A stretch of 64,000 nucleotides of DNA. Source: Okamejei kenojei. Taxonomy: Eukaryota. Both the position numbers and the translations under genes were made by a program. Where the stretch lies: assembly GCA_035221665.1 (NCBI GenBank), contig CM069145.1:42532001-42596000 (forward strand), in the 5' to 3' direction. Under the pieces are notes generated by a model that saw only the letters and a list, made by a program, of their open reading frames with translations, did not search any database and was not told the DNA's origin. Below are positions 10,341-20,911 of this stretch, piece after piece; position 1 is the stretch's first letter; every line of letters begins with the position of its first letter.

Positions 10341-13194
10341 GGACAATTTACATTTATACAAAGCCAATTAACCTACAAACCTGTACGTGTTTGGAGTGTG
10401 GGTGGAAACCAAAGATCTCGGAAAAAACCCACGCAGCCACGGGGAGTACAAACTCTGCACCCATATTCTGGATCCAACCCGTGTCTCTGGTGCTGAATGC
10501 GCTGTAAGGCAGCAATTGTACAGCTGAGCCACCATGCCATCTTGGTTATTGTCTATTATACTATCTATTGGGTACTGTTAAAAACATGTTATGCTGCTGC
10601 AGCAAGAAAGATTTTCTTTGTTCTTTTCCCGGCGATATGACGATAAAACACTTGACTCTCCTAGGTGTCTAACTGAGGGAGTATTTGAACCAGTTAGTGT
10701 ATGGGGAAGGGCAATGTGGGTCTGATGTGCTAGTACATTATGCTGCTCTTGCTGTGTTGCAGCTTGGTGGGTGGATTTTTGACACTGAGCCCCGACTATT
10801 GCTTTGTGTTGGAAGACGAGGGCAGCGTGTGTGGTTATGCCCTCGGCATTGTCGACGTGAACCCGTACGCCAGAAAGTGTAAAGTTTCCTGGATACCCGC
10901 AATGCGGGAAAAATACATTAAACCAGAAGCCAGCAAGGAGCTCTCCGAGGAACAGGTACGTTCTCAGAATAATTACACAATAATAGAACCTTCATGCTGT
11001 AAATTCATTCCGCAACATTTGCTGCTACTGCCCCAGTTTTGCATCTGAATGTTGCTAATTAGCAATGGCGTGTTGTAAATTTATCGTGTCTTTCCATGGA
11101 CGAAACTCTGTAACCAGTATAGAAACGGGGTCCTTGCCCTCTTAGATCCCCGCAGCCCACCCATTGGCGCTGACCCTTAATTGATCCCATCTTGGTCTAC
11201 CCACATTCTCATCTCCCCAGATTCAACCACTAGTGCACACACCAACGGCCGGTGAACTTACTGACACGCACGTCTTTGGGATGTGGGAGGAAACTGGAGC
11301 ACCCGGGAGGGAAACCCATGCGGTCACAGGGAGAACATGCAAACTCCTCACAGACAGCACCCGTAGTCAGGGTTGAACCTGGCTCTCTGGCACTGTAAGG
11401 TAGTGAAGCCACTAACTGCTGCTCCACACATTGGAATAGTGTGGCGACTACAATGCCTGCATCTGAGGAGGTCGCGACGTTCATCCCTCACTGATAATCT
11501 TGTCAGTCCTGTGGACGTAGCATGTCTTGTTACCAACTTGGAACAGTACAGCAAAGAACAGGCCGAACATGATGTCGAGAGCAACCCTTATTGCCCAGCA
11601 CATAATCCATATTCCTCCATTCCCTGCACTCCACGCGGTTATGCTGAAGCCTCTGAAACACCACTATTGTATCACCCTTGGCACCCAGAGAAAAATAGAA
11701 CCTTCATGCTCAAACGCTAGCTCCTTCCCCAGTTTTTCACCTTTAACTTGCTAATTAATATTAAGACATGTCCTGTTTGACACCATTTCCTCATATCCCC
11801 ACCCCTCAAGTCCCCATTTTATAAAAAATCATTACCCAATTCCTGGTCAGTTCCTCCTTGACAAAATTCCTGGAGTGCTATTTTGCTGCTAACTATCCAA
11901 TTTGTGATTGGAAGCCACGTGTGAATCTGATTCCATTTTGCTCTGGTAGTGAATTCTGAATCGGTACTACGTGTAAAGGTTTTCCTCTCATCACCAGTGT
12001 TCTTTCAGCTTTTCCGGCATTTGTGTGTGATCTTTCAACCTATTAGATTGTTCTCCACCCCCTCTCCTCCAAAAGGAATAATTGCAGTTCCCCTACTTTA
12101 TCTGTATACCTGTGTGTTGTTACTAAGTGCCTCAACGTCACTGGTCTGTGTCTCTCACTTAGAAAATGATGTTGAGTTTCCACGAAGAGCAGCAAGGCTT
12201 GCCGGAAAACTTCCTTGCTTCCTTTCCCTCACTGATTAAAGTGGACGTACACACGAAGGTGACAGACCCCAGTGTCGCTAAGAGTATGATGGGCTGTTTG
12301 CTTTCTTCCTTAAAAGCTGACGGTAAGGACCTCTCTTTTCTTCCAAGTGTTTTGCCTCCATCTGTGAGTAGGAAGTGCATTGTTCACACAGAGTAAACCT
12401 TCAGTGGCATTTGTTCTTCCTTCCCAGACCAGTCTGAGCATCGTACTGCACGGAAACAATCCCTTTAGCCCAATTCGTCCATGCTGACCAGTCCCATCTA
12501 AGAGGTCCCATTTGCCTGGGTTTGGCCCATACCCCTCTAAACCTTCCCTATCCATGTATCCGTCCAAATGTCTTTTAAATGTTATAGTACCTACATCGAC
12601 CACCTGCTCTGGCAGCTCATTCGCTAGCCTCTGAATGAAAACGCTGCCCCTCAGGTTCCTATTAAGTCTTTCCTTATCTTAAACCAATGCCCTCAATTTT
12701 TGGATTTCTCTACCCTGAGTACTGAGGGGTAACTTTTTCACAAATGGCGGTGGGTGTATGGAACGAGCTGCCGGAGGAGGTAGTTAAAGCAGATACTATC
12801 GCAACGTTCAAGAAACATTTGGACAGGTACATGGATAGAACATATTTAGAGGGATATAGGCCAAACGCAGGGAGGTGGGACTAGTGTAGATGGGCATGTT
12901 GGTCGGTGTGGGTATGTTGGGCTGAAGGACCTATTTCCATGCTGTATGACTTTGACAAACTACTTTGTCACACCCCTGTATGTTGGTACTGCCAGTTTCC
13001 ACTATCGCTCAGCATGCACCGTCTGTCCCAAGAGCTAAAGGGCTGTTTTGTTTCCAGGGTCTCGAGGAGCTTTCTGTGAAGTGAAACCCAGCGACAGGCG
13101 AGGGTTGGAGTTTTACAGCAAACTGGGCTTCCTGGAGCTGGCCAAGATGGAGGGATTCCCCAAGGAGATGCTGGTGCTGGGAAGGAATTTGTAA
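1476..13194 (+). CDS. OGA: O-GlcNAcase (OGA/MGEA5), 3' part: end of stalk plus pseudo-HAT domain; 5' exons lie upstream of the window
   Basis: join(1476..1561,2525..2629,8833..8921,10763..10955,12163..12322,13058..13194). All introns GT-AG with matching phases. Translates as [46 protein letters not shown]...[26 protein letters not shown]...[19 protein letters not shown]...[42 protein letters not shown]...LGRNL*, matching the recalled human OGA C-terminus. Confidence 0.96.
2525..2629 (+). CDS. OGA: OGA exon
   Basis: cgcag|CGT...GAG|gtaag; [35 protein letters not shown]. Confidence 0.95.
2821..2913 (+). pseudogene. 5S rRNA-derived fragment (pseudogene or SINE3 head)
   Basis: CTGATCTCtGAAGCTAtGCAGG..GGCCTGGTcAGTACTTGGATGGGAGACCGCCTGGGAATAtaGGGTGC (2841-2913) matches the 3' two-thirds of vertebrate 5S rRNA including the internal control region; CTACcGCCAT at 2821 resembles the 5S start. 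Confidence 0.85.
3880..4120 (-). mobile_element. HE1-like V-SINE
   Basis: tRNA-like head (cagcgccagagacccgg..ttcgatcctg) plus V-domain (tctccctgtgactgcgtgggttt..ctcc..tccggtttcctcccac) on the minus strand. Confidence 0.75.
6541..7431. repeat. Long inverted repeat: arms 6541-6748 and 7202-7431, spacer about 450 bp
   Basis: For example tgtgtaaaactttatctaacag..gaagatgtaccaaaatatctaa (left) is the reverse complement of ttagatattttggtacatcttc..ctgttagataaagttttacaca (right). Confidence 0.9.
8833..8921 (+). CDS. OGA: OGA exon
   Basis: cgcag|GCC...GAT AG|gtgag; [29 protein letters not shown]. Confidence 0.93.
9280..9630 (+). mobile_element. Penelope-like retroelement 3' fragment (GIY-YIG C-terminus plus terminal repeat)
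   Basis: Encodes a frameshifted [24 protein letters not shown], followed by the ctgaagaagggtctcgaccc...gatgctgcctg..gttactccagca tail. Confidence 0.75.
10185..10540 (-). mobile_element. V-SINE containing a (CA)n microsatellite (about 10257-10338)
   Basis: V-domain and tail motifs flank about 40 CA units. Confidence 0.75.
10763..10955 (+). CDS. OGA: OGA exon
   Basis: tgcag|C TTG GTG...CAG|gtacg; [28 protein letters not shown]...ELSEEQ. Confidence 0.95.
12163..12322 (+). CDS. OGA: OGA exon
   Basis: cttag|AAA ATG...GAC G|gtaag; [26 protein letters not shown]...SLKAD. Confidence 0.95.
13058..13194 (+). CDS. OGA: OGA last coding exon
   Basis: tccag|GG TCT CGA...TTG TAA; [44 protein letters not shown]. 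Confidence 0.95.
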
Positions 13195-14345
13195 CGTGCA
13201 GCCTCTTCAACGTAGTGTAATTAAAGGATGTGTATAATTAAATGTATCTAAATTTAGCCTTAAGCTGAATAACCTGTGTTTAATAATGTTTTATATTTTA
13301 TCTTTTTAATTTGCAATACACAAGGTGAACTCGACATGGAACTTTGTGAAGTGGGTGAGCTTCCAATGATGCAATAACAGTTATTTGATCTCCTGCCCCT
13401 TCTGACATTTCATCCCAGTCTTCCCTCCAAATATCGGGGAGTCTGAAGTTTCTCGTTTGGAATCGGGGAACATGGCTTCTGAGTAGAGAACCACTGCCCA
13501 CGCCATTCAAAAAGAGAGTGGTTTAGACTATCCACCTACCTGATTGCAGTCCTGGTGTGAGCATGCTGTTAAACCAGCCATTTTGCCATCACAAGGTGGC
13601 TGTGTTTATAACTGACCACCCACAGGAGTAATTGGAGTTCTTCATCCCTGGAGCCCAGTTCATTTTCACTAAGTGAGATTTTAGGGCTTCAGTCGGTGAT
13701 TTTTAAGAGTTTGCATTCTGCAGCATGTATGCATCTGTGAAAACTAATGACCTTTTGATACCTCTCTTTGAAGGCACTTTATAAGTAGTGAATCTCGATC
13801 TGAATGGTTAGTGGAATTGCTCTCCGGAGAAAGGAATGAGATGTTGACATTGGAAATGAGCACAGCAGTACTGGACTACACACTGGGCCTGTCAATGTTT
13901 GTAAAGAAAGATGGGTTAATAATTTGGGTGGATCAGAACCTAATTAAATGTACGTGAAACCGTTGAGTGTGGTGGGAGAGCTTGTTTGTACGCCAGCCCC
14001 GTGAAGCAGTCATGCACTGGGGGGGGAGGGGTTACCTGCAATTACTGAAGGAATGCATTCCAGGTTGCTCATCAGCAGTGTGCCAGCGTTCTCAGGCATG
14101 CGCGGGATACCCGCGGACAGACCGCCTGTCAGTTGCAGCTTGATTTTGCCGCCAGTGGTGCAAACGGCTGGCCTTGGAGAGCGGACGTCGATTTGAGGGG
14201 AGCCCGGCAGAGAAGGCCGTGAGGCTGGGTCGAGACGGCAATCACTGTGAACTTCCAGCAACCCAGGAAGCAAAGAGCACTTATTACTAACTATACATTA
14301 TTGAAGTTCAGTGTAAACTATTGTAGATTGGAAGGTGCGTGTACA

Positions 14346-14351
14346 ATTAAA
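14346..14351 (+). terminator. Candidate OGA polyadenylation signal (ATTAAA)
   Basis: ATTAAA preceded by TGTA motifs, about 1.15 kb past the stop at the end of a repeat-free stretch; other ATTAAA hexamers exist nearer the stop. Confidence 0.35.
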
Positions 14352-15869
14352 GTCAAATGTCAAGTTCATTTAAAACAAAAAGTGGCCATCATCCTTAATC
14401 GAAGAGTATTGCCGTTCACATTGAGGCCTGAGATGTGGGTAAGTAGTTCTTCTCTGGCCATGCTTGGAGCCGGCTCCAGAAATGGTCAGAATGATTAAAC
14501 CCACCACCCTCACTAACTCTGTGTCCCCTGACTGGGTTCCTAACTTACTGGCTGCACATTTGCGGCATTATGTTCAAAGACATCGATGATTGTTGCCTGT
14601 TAGATACAGAGCAGAGAAATATAATTGGAAAAAGCCCTGAGAGAACTGGACAGAGTTAAAGTCTGGTACCCAAGTTCCTGCTATTGGCCCATATTCCTCT
14701 AAACTGTGCCTATCCATGTACCTGTCCCAAGTATCTTTGCTGTTGTACCTGCTTGCAAAGAAAAAAGTTCCAGTCTGTCCAAGCTGTTCTGAAAACTCAA
14801 GCCTACACAGCAGGGTAACATTGTGTTTTGGGCTGACCTACGATGGATATATAAAAGTCTTCATGCACAATCTGTATCTGGTAGTTAAATGTCCATATCC
14901 AATTACATTAAACAAATTCACTGGTGTTTCCAGCAATGTCTTGGATCACTTGGTCTCCTCTTTGAGCATCTTGCACTCAAATTTCAGCCCTCAAGTCATA
15001 AAGTGTGCAAACTACCCTTTTGGCCCAACTTGCCCACAATCATCTGGACAACAGTTCTATCCTACACATCAGGGACAATTTACCGAAGCCAATTAACCTC
15101 AGACTCGGTTTCCGTGCTGTATCTCTAAATTAAACTAAACCCGTCAGGGGCTTGCTCATACACAGCCTCTCAGGTGTTACTGCTTCAGCCTTTACTTTCT
15201 TACATCTGCACAAATGGTGCCAACCAAGGGAAGTGGGACTGTGGTCTGAGATTGTGGTCACTACACAGGCAATGCTGTTTGTATGAAGTCTGTGGCTGCA
15301 AGCCAAAGGAGTGCACCTGTATTAAACTTCCAACTATGTTCATCAGTCGTCCTCTGCTCTGGTGAAACTGAAAAAGCACCTCTTGCATTTTCCTCACAAA
15401 TCTGTGTGACTTTGCCTGTAAGTCTAATTTAGAGAAAAAGTGTAGAAACTGGCCCACTGAGTCCATGCTGACCATTGACCAAATGTACAGTAGAGGCAAT
15501 TTAGAGGGCCAATTAACCTACAAACTTGCACATCTTTGTAATGTGGAAGGAAACTAGAGTGCCCGGAGGAAACCCAGGGTCACAGGGGGGGACACATAGT
15601 CAGGATTGAACCTGCGTCTCTGGTGCTGTGAGGCAGCAGCTCTACCACTGTGCTGCCCTATAACCAACAGCTGGAGAACCTGGAATGGATGAACCCACAA
15701 ACAGGGAGAATTGTGTCGTGATTGGACTGGGTGTGTTGCTGTTCATTGGCCCCATGCTAACTTTCGACTTGCCATCCCTGGGAAAAAGATTGTAACTATC
15801 ATGGTGCTCCTCAGCCACTCTCCAGGAGAAAGAAGTTCCAGCCTTCCAGTCGCGGTAACCGTGTCCCCA

Positions 15870-18705
15870 CGTGCAAGGAGTATTCGTAATAAGGTGGATG
15901 AGTTGAACATGCAGATAGCTATTAATGATTATGATATAGTTGGGATCATGGAGACATGGCTCCAGGGTGACCAAGGCTGGGAGCTGAACATCCAGGGATA
16001 TTCAATGTTCAGGAGGGATGGAGAGAAAGGAAAAGGAGGTGGGGTAGCGTTGCTGGTTAGAGGGGAGATTAACGCAATGGAAAGGGAGGACATTAGCTTG
16101 GAGGATGTGGAATCGGTATGGGTAGAGCTGCGAAACACTAAAGGGCAGAAAACTCTGGTGGGTGTTGTGTACAGGCCACCTAACTAGTGAAGTTGGGGAT
16201 GGTGCTACAAAGGCAATACCGTTATAATGGGCGACTTCAATCTACATGTAGATTGGGTGAATCAAATCGGCAGGGGCACTAAGGAAGAGGATTTTTTGGA
16301 ATGTATGCGGGATAGTTATCTAAATCAACATGTAGAGGAACCAACGAGAGAGCAGGCTATTTTGGACTGGGTATTGAGTAATGAGGAAGGGTTAGTTAGC
16401 AGTCTTTCTGTACGTGCCCCCTTAGGCAAGAGTGACCATAATATGGTTGAGTTCTTCATTAGGATGGAGAATGACATTGTTAATTCAGAAACAATGGTTC
16501 TGAACTTAAAGAAAGGTAACTGAGGGTATGAGATGTGAATTGGCCAAGATTGACTGGCAATCGATTCTAAAAGGGTTGACGGTGGATACGCAATGGAAGA
16601 CATTTAAAGACTGCATGGATGAACTACAAAAATTGTTCATCCCAGTTTGGCAAAAGAATAAATCAGGGAAGGTAGTGCATCCGTGGATAACAAGGGAAAT
16701 CAGGGATAGTATCAAAGCAAAGGATGATGCGTACAAAGTAGCCAGAAAAAGCAGCATACCAGAGGACTGGGAGAAATTCAGAGACCAGCAGAGGAGGACA
16801 AAGGGGTTAATTAGGAAAGGAAAAATAGATTATGAAAGAAAACTGGCAGGGAACATAAACTGACTGCAAATGTTTTTATAGATATGGGAAGAGAAAGAGA
16901 TTAGTTAAAACAAATGTAGGTCCCTTGCAGTCAGAAACAGGTGAGTTGATCATGGGGAACAAGGATATGGCGGACCAATTGAATAACTACCTTGGTTCCG
17001 TCTTCACAAAGGAGGACATAAATAATCTGCCGGAAATAGCAGGGGACCGTGGGTCAAAGGAGGAATTGAGTGAAATCCAGGTTAGTCGGGAAGTGGTGTT
17101 GGGTAAATTGAATGGATTAAAGGCAGATAAATCCCCAGGGCCAGATAGTCTGCATCCCAGAGTACTCAAGGAAGTAGCTCCGGAAATAGTGGATGCATTA
17201 ATGATAATCTTTCAAAACTCTGTAGATTCTGGAGTAGTTCCTGAGGATTGGCGGGTAGCAAACGTAACCCCTCTTTTTAAGAAGGAAGGGAGGGAGAAAA
17301 CGGGGAATTACAGACCAGTTAGTCTAACATCGGTAGTGGGGAAACTGCTAGAGTCAGTTATTAAAGATGGGATAGCAGCACATTTGGAAAGTGGTGAAAT
17401 CATTGGACAAAGTCAGCATGGATTTACGAAAGGTATATCATGTCTGACGAATCTTGTGGAGTTTTTCGAAGATATAAGTAGTAGCGTGGATAGGGGAGAA
17501 CCAGTAGATGTGGTGTACCTGGACTTCCAGAAGGCTTTCGACAAGGTCCCACATAAGAGAGTAGTATACAAACTTAAAGCATACGGCATTGGGGGTTCAG
17601 TATTGATGTGGATAGAGAACTGGCTGGCAAACAGGAAGCAAAGAGTAGGAGTAAACGGGTCCTTTTCACAATGGCAGGCAGTGACTAGTGGGGTACCGCA
17701 AGGCTCAGTACTGGGACCCCAGTTATTTACAATATATATATTAATGATCTGGATGAGGGAATTGAAGGCAATAGCTCCACGTTTGCGGATGACACTAAGT
17801 TGGGGGGCAATGTTAGCTGTGAGGAGAATGCTAGGAGTCTGCAAGGTGACTTGGATAGGCTGGGTGAGTGGGCAAATGTTTGGCAGATGCAGTATAATGT
17901 TGATAAATGTGAAGTTATCCACTTTGGTGGCAAAAACAGGAAGGTAGACTATTATCTAAATGGTGGCCGATTAGGAAAAGGGGAGATGCAGCGCGACCTG
18001 GGTGTTATGGTACACCAGTCATTGAAAATAGGCATGCAGGTGCAGCAGGCAGTGAAGAAAGCGAATGGTATGTTAACTTTCATAGCAAAAGGATTTGAGT
18101 ATAGGAGCAGGGAGGCTCTACTTCAGTTGTACAGGGTCTTGGTGAGACCACACCTGGAGTATTGCGTACAGTTCTGGTCTCCAAATCTGAGGACAGACGT
18201 TATGGCCATAGAGGGAGTGCAGAGAAGGTTCACCAGATTGATTCCTGGGATGTCAGGACTGTCTTATGAAGAAAGACTGGATAGACTCGGTTTATACTCT
18301 CTAGAATTTAGGAGATTGAGAGGGGATCTTATAGAAACTTACAAAATTCTTAAGGGGTTGGACAGGCTAGATGCAGGAAGATTGTTCCCGATGTTGGGGA
18401 GGTCCAGGACAAGGGGTCACAGCTTAAGGATAAGGGGGAAATCCTTTAGGACTGAGATGAGAAGGACTTTTTTCACACAGAGAGTGGTGGGTCTCTGGAA
18501 CTCTGCCACAGAGGGTAGTGGAGGCCAGTTCATTGGCTATATTTAAGAGGGAGTTAGATGTGGCCCTTGTGGCTAGGGGGAGTAGAGGGTATGGAGAGAA
18601 GGCAGGTATGGGATACTGAGTTGGATGATCAGCCATGATCATATTGAATGGCGGTGCAGGCACGAAGGGCCGAATGGCCTACTCCTGCACCTATTTTCTA
18701 TGTTC
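15870..18705 (+). mobile_element. CR1-clade LINE, 5'-truncated, nearly complete ORF2 (APE endonuclease plus reverse transcriptase) with a few stops and frameshifts
   Basis: ARSIRNK, GIMETWL, GDFN and SDH endonuclease motifs; YRPVSLTS, DFQKAFDKV, GVPQGSVLGP and FADD-region RT motifs; 3' tail gggccgaatggcctactcctgcacctattttctatgttct. Confidence 0.95.
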
Positions 18706-19328
18706 TCGCTAACTCCACAGCTAAAAGTCCCCATGCAAAACATCGCCCGCCATTCCCTCCACAGATGCTGCTTGACCCACTGAGTTCCTCCAGCACTTTT
18801 TTTTGCTAGAGATTCCAACATCTGCAGTTTCTTTCCTGACCAATTGGGTTTCTCTTTCCCCGGATGCTGCCAGACTGCTGCATTTTTCAGCATTTGTTAT
18901 TTCAATTGTTTCCCTGTGGCCACATGCCGTTTCCTTCCACATCCCAAAGACGTGCAGGTTGGTAGGTAAATTGGCTTCTGTGAATTGTCCCTAGTGTTTA
19001 GTGTTCGTCGGCTGAGCCAAAGGGCCTGTTTCCACGATGTACATCTAAACAATTAGTCAACAGAACTTTTTTTTTTAAACACGTTCCTTCGCCCAGACCT
19101 GAAACTGCATCTGTCCACTCCACAGATGCTGCCTGACCTGCTGACCTCCTCTAGCACTATGGGTTTTGCTCATAAACTTCCAGTATCTGCAGTTCCTTGT
19201 GTTGCCTTGGCAAGCTTAGGTTCTGTCCACAAGGTGGAGACAGAACACCAGTTTGAGATCTGGGACCTGACTCTTGCCAACAATCTGATCTTAATGCAGC
19301 TGTTTAGGGAACATGACGAACAATGTCA

Positions 19329-19334
19329 TTTATT
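19329..19334 (-). terminator. Candidate POLL polyadenylation signal (AATAAA)
   Basis: TTTATT on + in a non-repetitive AT-rich patch about 1.2 kb past the POLL stop; alternative hexamers at 19491 and 19640 lie inside a LINE fragment. Confidence 0.35.
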
Positions 19335-20229
19335 AAAATGTGAAAGCTTTTACAGAGACAACACAGCAGGATTGGATAACTTCATTAAAATGAGATAAAT
19401 TAATCCAGATGTTGGTGAACCAGAATCATACAGCATAGAAACAGGCCCTTCAGGCCATCTCATCCATGCTGACCAACTAGTCCCATTGGGTTTATTATCC
19501 CTCTGATCCTTGTTATAGTACCTGCGTTAACTACCTCCTCTGGCAATTCGTTCACTGTATCTGCCACCCTTGGTGTGAAAATGTTGCCCCTCAGATTACT
19601 ATTAAATCTTTCCCCACCCACCTTCAAACCCTCTAATTCTTTATTCATCTACCTTGGGTAACAGCTCTGTGCATTCACCCTATTCATCTCATGATTTCAT
19701 ACATCTATAAGATCACCCCTGCGCTCCAAGGAATAGAGTCCTAGCTTGCTCAAGCTCTTCCTATAGCTCAGGTCCTTGAATCCTGGGAACATCCTCAAAT
19801 CTTCTCTGCACGCCTTCCAGCTTAATGTCACCTTTCCTTTAGCAGGGTGACCAAAACAGAACGCAATACTCCCAAGTTAATATTAGACGAGTCTAAAGAA
19901 ATTCCCGACCCAAAATGTCACCTGTCCATTCCCTCCACAGATGCTACCTGACCCGCTGAGTTCCTCCCACACTTTGTGTTTTGATCGTGATTACCTGCAG
20001 TTCCTTGTGTCTCCGTAAGATAGTACTTTTCCCCCCCATTCATCCCCAGAAAGGTCATAGAGTGATCGGGTGGAAACAGGCCCTTCAGCCCAACTTGTCC
20101 ATTCCTTGCTAGCACAACGCCCACCACTTTATGAACCTCTCCCTGGGCACGGTACCAGTGAGTAGGGAGGGGGTTCAGGATCTTTGATCGTACCCTAGTG
20201 GCTGTGCCAATGCAAAGATTCACGACAAG

Positions 20230-20552
20230 ATATAGGAGCAGAATTTAGGCCATTCAGCCCATCGAGTCTGCTCCGCCATTCAATCATGGCTAATCCATCT
20301 TTTCCACTCAACTCAACGCCATTCCCTGTGACCTTTGACACCCTTACTAATCAAGAACCTATCATTCTCTGCTTTAAAAACACCCGTTGACTTCGCCTCC
20401 ACCACCGTCTGTAGCAACAAATTCCACAGATTCACAACCCTCAGGCCCAAAGGAAGAGGTCCAATGCTCATAAGTCATAGGAGCAGAAAGAAGTAGGCCA
20501 TTCGACTCAGATTTGGCCTCCACCGCTGTCTGTGGCAATGAATTGCAGAGAT
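20230..20552 (-). mobile_element. Two tandem CR1 3' fragments forming the start of the POLL 3' UTR
   Basis: The minus strand reads atctctgcaattcattgccacagacagcggtggaggccaa...aatggcctact..tgctcctatg, then a second similar copy. Confidence 0.75.
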
Positions 20553-20911
20553 TCACCAGTCCCTCTCCCGCGGCTCTCTGTACACCAGTCCCAGCTTCTC
20601 GAAGACTGCCTCCTCGCTGGGGGTGGGGACGGAGATGCCGGCATCGACTTTGGCGCCGCCCTTCCTGAGGACCCGGCAGCTGAGCGAGTGCTCCGACAGG
20701 CTCATGTCCCTAGTCTTGGCCAGGGCTCGCATGGAACGGTTAAAGTGGGCCGACCCGGTGAAGTAGAGCAAGGCGCAGGCGAACTCCGCGTACGGCACCA
20801 CGATGATGTCCAGCCGCCGGTAGCGACGCCCGGCTCCCGGGAGCCGGCAGACACCCAGGTACTTGACTTGGTTCCTGTTCTCCTGACTGACCAGGTCATC
20901 CGTGATAAACC
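20553..20911 (-). CDS. POLL: POLL last exon
   Basis: [25 protein letters not shown]...[18 protein letters not shown]...ERDW*. Confidence 0.95.

Noticed and set aside
14101-14115. CGCGGG-ATA-CCCGCG hairpin in the OGA 3' UTR
   Set aside because: A 6-bp stem can occur by chance and matches no IRE or SECIS pattern
13195-15870. NPM3 exons expected between OGA and POLL under one inversion model
   Set aside because: No nucleoplasmin-like peptide seen in any frame; the region looks like 3' UTR plus repeats
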